From: Ferroacidibacillus organovorans
Lineage (GTDB): Bacteria; Bacillota; Bacilli; Alicyclobacillales; SLC66
NCBI RefSeq assembly: GCF_001642725.1
Contig: NZ_LSUQ01000022.1
Span: forward strand, 1 to 41,736
DNA: 41,736 bases
Direction: 5' to 3'
Shown here: positions 38,149-41,736 of the stretch, in pieces
Position numbering within the stretch: the first letter of the stretch is position 1
How the letters are laid out: each line of letters begins with the position of its first letter
The notes under the pieces: generated by a model
Told to the model about the DNA's origin: nothing
The model's input: the letters and a program-made list of their open reading frames with translations, nothing else
The model's database searches: none
Program-made: the position numbers and the translations under genes

Positions 38149-40163
38149 GCGTGGGTCACCTCCCGCAGGGATGTTTTGGCAGCCGCAATGACGTGGCTCA
38201 CCGTAAAGCCGAACTTCTCCATGAGTACGGCGGCAGGAGCGGATGCGCCAAAGTGGTCAATGCCGATCGAGACGCCGTGGTCCTTCGCAAAGGAAGCGAG
38301 TCCGGCAGGGTGAGCCATCTCGATAACCACGCGCGCGCGGATGGAGGATGGGAGCACCTCTTCTTGGTATGCGGCTGTCTGTTCAAGGAAGAGCTGTGGG
38401 CAAGGAATGCTCACGACGCGCGCTCCGATGCCTTCTGCCTCAAGCGCTTTTTGTGCATCCATTGCGAGGATGACCTCTGAGCCGCTCGCGATGAGGAGAA
38501 TGTTTAGCGCAGCCGATTCTTTTGACAAGGTGTAGGCGCCGCGCGCGACGCCTTGGCGCGCGAGTTGATCAGAGTCTGTATAGACTGGGAGCTTTTGCCG
38601 TGTGAGCGCGAGCGCGACCGGACGGTCGCGGTGCGCCATGGCGTAGTGCCAAGCGGCGACCGTTTCGTTGGCGTCTGCGGGACGGATGAGCAAGAGGTTT
38701 GGAATGAGCCTGAGCGCTGCGATCTGCTCGATGGGCTGGTGCGTCGGACCGTCCTCGCCAACGCCGATGCTGTCGTGCGTAAAGACGTAGATGACGGGCA
38801 GCTTCATCAATGCGGCGAGTCGGATGGACGGACGCAAATAGTCGGAGAACACGAGGAAGGTGCCGCCGTAGGGATGGACTCCGCCGTGCAGTGCGAGGCC
38901 GTTTAGCATCGCGCCCATCGCATGCTCGCGCACGCCAAACCAGACGTTTCGTCCGGCAGGGTTCGCGGCGCTGTAGACCGACTCAGTCTTCATTGTCGTC
39001 TCGTTCGATCCGGCGAGATCTGCTGAACCGCCAAACAGCGTGGGAACGCGCTTTGCGATAGCGTTGAGTGCGGCGCCGGAAATTTGGCGTGTCGCAAAGC
39101 CGCTTTTGTCCACTGTGTACGTGGGCAGATCGGCGTCCCAGTTGGCGGGGAGTTCGCCTGACAAGGCGAGCCTAAGCTCGGCGGCGAGTTCGGGATGTAC
39201 CTTCTCGTAGGCGGACATGCGCGCTTCCCACGCAGCTTGCGCCTCTGCGCCGCGCGTTGCGATGGACTGGAAATGCGCGGTCACTTCGGACGGAACAAAG
39301 TGTGTCTCGGATTCGTTCCACTGATAGAACGTTTTGGCGAGGGCGGTCTCTTCGGCGCCGAGCGGGGAGCCGTGCGCCTTGGATGTGCCCTGGCGTCCGG
39401 GACTGCCGTACCCGATCGTTGTGCGAATTTCGAGTAGGGAGGGGCGGGGGTCGCTTTTGGCGGCCGCGATGGCGCGCGCGATAGCGTCGAGATCGTCATC
39501 GCCGTTTTCGACGCGAAGGTAGTGCCAGCCGGCGGCTTCGGCGCGGAGTTTTATGTTTTCGGTGAACGCCATGTCGGTTGGGCCGTCGAGGGAAATGTCA
39601 TTTGAATCGTATAAAACGACCAGTTTTCCGAGTTTCTGGTGCCCGGCGAACGACATGGCTTCGTAAGAGATGCCTTCCATGAGGTCACCGTCGCCGACAA
39701 GCGTGTAGGTCATGTGATCGATGATCTCGTGGTCGGGGCGATTGTAGCGCGCTGCGAGAAAGCGCTCAGCCATCGCAAATCCGACGGCGTTTGTGATGCC
39801 TTGACCAAGCGGCCCGGTCGTCGTTTCAACGCCGCGTGTGTGACCGAATTCCGGGTGGCCAGGCGTCTTGCTGCCCCATTGCCGGAACTGCATCAGATCC
39901 TCGCGTGTGAGTCCGTAGCCAAACAGATGGAGCAAGCTATAGAGGAGCATGGAACCGTGACCCGCGGAGAGCACAAAGCGATCGCGATTGGGCCACGCCG
40001 CGTCTGCGGGATTATGCTTGAGAAACTGCGACCAGAGTACGTAGGCCATCGGTGCGGAGCCCATGGGGAGTCCGGGATGCCCGCTGTTTGCTTTTTCCAC
40101 GCTGTCGATGGAGAGGGTTCGTATGGTGTTTATGGAAAGCGCATCAATGTTCGATGCTGACAT
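38145..40163 (-). CDS. tkt: Transketolase
   Basis: [30 protein letters not shown]. Confidence 0.98.
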   Translation of the reverse strand: MSASNIDALSINTIRTLSIDSVEKANSGHPGLPMGSAPMAYVLWSQFLKHNPADAAWPNRDRFVLSAGHGSMLLYSLLHLFGYGLTREDLMQFRQWGSKTPGHPEFGHTRGVETTTGPLGQGITNAVGFAMAERFLAARYNRPDHEIIDHMTYTLVGDGDLMEGISYEAMSFAGHQKLGKLVVLYDSNDISLDGPTDMAFTENIKLRAEAAGWHYLRVENGDDDLDAIARAIAAAKSDPRPSLLEIRTTIGYGSPGRQGTSKAHGSPLGAEETALAKTFYQWNESETHFVPSEVTAHFQSIATRGAEAQAAWEARMSAYEKVHPELAAELRLALSGELPANWDADLPTYTVDKSGFATRQISGAALNAIAKRVPTLFGGSADLAGSNETTMKTESVYSAANPAGRNVWFGVREHAMGAMLNGLALHGGVHPYGGTFLVFSDYLRPSIRLAALMKLPVIYVFTHDSIGVGEDGPTHQPIEQIAALRLIPNLLLIRPADANETVAAWHYAMAHRDRPVALALTRQKLPVYTDSDQLARQGVARGAYTLSKESAALNILLIASGSEVILAMDAQKALEAEGIGARVVSIPCPQLFLEQTAAYQEEVLPSSIRARVVIEMAHPAGLASFAKDHGVSIGIDHFGASAPAAVLMEKFGFTVSHVIAAAKTSLREVTHA

Positions 40164-40793
40164 AAAGGGTGACCGCCTTTCGTGAAAGGGACTAGGATGG
40201 CGAAGCGTTTTTTCGATTCAAGAGTGTTCGAAAAGGAGTCAGGTTAAGATTCAAGCAGTGCAGAAAGCCAGTCAAACATGCACGCGAAGCGTATGCGCTT
40301 GGGTACATGACAGAGCAGGTTTGACGCTTACGTCACAATGCGTCGAAGCGTTCTGATCCCATTTTTGAACATCTTCTATTATGCACCAAATGGCGCGGTA
40401 TCGCGAGGCGGGGAGAATCCTGCTGCGCGAGAGGTGGTGGATGGTTCGCGATGCGTGCACCTCTGTAGCCCGCTTTGGAAGCTGGGGCCGTGGAATGAAT
40501 GGGGGATTAAAGTGAGAGGGTAGGGGGGATTGGCGATCGTGGTGTGTTTTCGGTGTCGATTCATATAAATTTCCGTAAGTTTTCCATCATATTTGTCGAA
40601 TTGTGATCTGAAATATATGGTATTTCTTCAATGAGTATAGTAATCTATCATTGCAGTGACGCTGAGGTTCGTTGATGCACCGTCTGTAACATGGGCGCTT
40701 GGGCGGTCGCGGAGCTTATAGCGCATCCATCCTTCTTTGTGGGGTGCAGTACATTTTCAGGTTTTGCCCCAGAAGGAAGGAGAGTTTTCCACC

Positions 40794-40871
40794 ATGAAAA
40801 AGAAATTGATCGCGGCAGCAACAGTTGTCGCCCTCGTTTTGGTGGCCTCAGCGGAAGTAGTATTAGTTTGA
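40794..40871 (+). CDS. 25-aa secreted peptide precursor (not in ORF track)
   Basis: AAGGAG RBS; MKKKLIAAATVVALVLVASA-EVVLV has a basic N-region, hydrophobic core and A-x-A site. Confidence 0.7.
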   Translation: MKKKLIAAATVVALVLVASAEVVLV

Positions 40872-40879
40872 TGTAAGTT

Positions 40880-40915
40880 CAAAACACCTCACATGAACGC
40901 GGGGTGTTTTGTTTT
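40880..40915 (+). terminator. Stem-loop after peptide gene
   Basis: CAAAACACCTC...GGGGTGTTTTG followed by TTTT. Confidence 0.6.
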
Positions 40916-40928
40916 AAGGGGTGCGCCA

Positions 40929-41450
40929 TTGCAACTGATTGTCGTAGGACTCGCAGTGATTATTGCATTTCTTCGGGGTGGTAGAGAATTGATCCTCCCG
41001 AATTTCGTGTGGAAACGGTTGTTACTTGTCGCAATTGGATTGCAGCTTATATCTTTTGTTCTTCCCGTGTTGAAGGTTGTACTGGTCGATCTTTCATATG
41101 CTGTGGCTCTGTTGTTCCTCTATTTGAATTACAAGATCGTGGAGCTCCGGTTTGCGTTGATTGGAGTAGCGATGAATTCTCTTGAAATATGGCTGAATAG
41201 AGGTGCAATGCCAGGGGTTCATGTCTCTGGTATGGATAGATTGACAGTTGGTTTATTGAACAACCACTCTCAATGGCATCAGTTCTTAACTGCAAAGACT
41301 GTTTTTCCTTTTCTTGCAGATATTTTCTACATGAGCTTTCCTTACAAAGCAATCTACAGCGTTGGTGACTTTATGATTGCATTGTCAATCGGTATGCTAT
41401 TGCAAAGAGTCATGGGTAAACCGCTATTTCAAGAGAATAAGAGGTTGTGA
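40929..41450 (+). CDS. DUF5317-like membrane protein
   Basis: G..MN......N.G.MP, FL.DI and S.GD motifs as I recall them for this family. Confidence 0.7.
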   Translation: MQLIVVGLAVIIAFLRGGRELILPNFVWKRLLLVAIGLQLISFVLPVLKVVLVDLSYAVALLFLYLNYKIVELRFALIGVAMNSLEIWLNRGAMPGVHVSGMDRLTVGLLNNHSQWHQFLTAKTVFPFLADIFYMSFPYKAIYSVGDFMIALSIGMLLQRVMGKPLFQENKRL

Positions 41451-41457
41451 AAATTAA

Positions 41458-41669
41458 ATGAAATTTAATTTTCGTGCTATTATATTGGGAATAAATGTAA
41501 TCGCATCATCATATTTTATTTATGAAGGTTTGAAAAATACAACTGATATAAATGAAATGTATTGGACTGCTGTTTTTTTTGCCATAACAATTCTTTTACG
41601 GATTAGTCCGACTCTAAATAATAATGGTACAGTCCTTACGATTGGTGGGCTAATAAGTATCTTTATTAT
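41458..41669 (+). CDS. Membrane protein N-terminus (probable sensor), interrupted by an intron
   Basis: Hydrophobic TM segments; coding character ends at the intron start. Confidence 0.55.
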
Positions 41670-41736
41670 GTACGCCCGGCATGGGCGGAATCTATAGGGT
41701 GCAAGTCCCGAACGGGGGTTGGCGACAGACCTACCG
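41670..41736 (+). mobile_element. Group IIC intron 5' end (runs off window)
   Basis: GTACGCCCGGCATGGG...TCTATAGGGTGCAAGTCCCGAAC closely matches the 5' end of Oceanobacillus/Geobacillus IIC introns as I recall it (GTGYGCCCGGCATGGG...TCTATAGGGTGAGAGTCCCGAAC). Confidence 0.85.

Overview
Window from an endospore-forming Bacillota genome (an Alicyclobacillaceae-like acidophile is my inference). The main signal is that the yhbH-spoVR sporulation operon is broken into five visible segments by four separate large-serine-recombinase (LSR) elements, two in yhbH and two in spoVR. The three complete elements (3,940, 6,990 and 12,828 bp) are each bounded by an exact direct-repeat core (GGTCAATCAAT, TTTGGTAA, AACGAAGGCTGGGC). 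Removing each element restores the reading frame, giving a ~480-aa SpoVR and the YhbH C-terminus, and the excised circles would form symmetric attP-like inverted repeats. Each element has its own LSR plus a small orphan ORF (candidate directionality factor), several with sigmaE/sigmaK-like promoters. No phage structural genes are visible; cargo is metabolic: CbiX and amidase; a KimA-like K+ transporter; pseudouridine catabolism; and a diterpene cluster (class I + class II cyclase + GGPP synthase) with an embedded GGDEF/HD-GYP sensor, plus a sugar-acid uptake locus. The right part holds a Pho-type regulator with pstBSCA, FTR1, a nucleobase permease and tal-tkt. It ends in an AT-rich module with an unannotated 25-aa secreted-peptide gene, a DUF5317-like membrane protein and a membrane gene interrupted by a group IIC intron 5' end.
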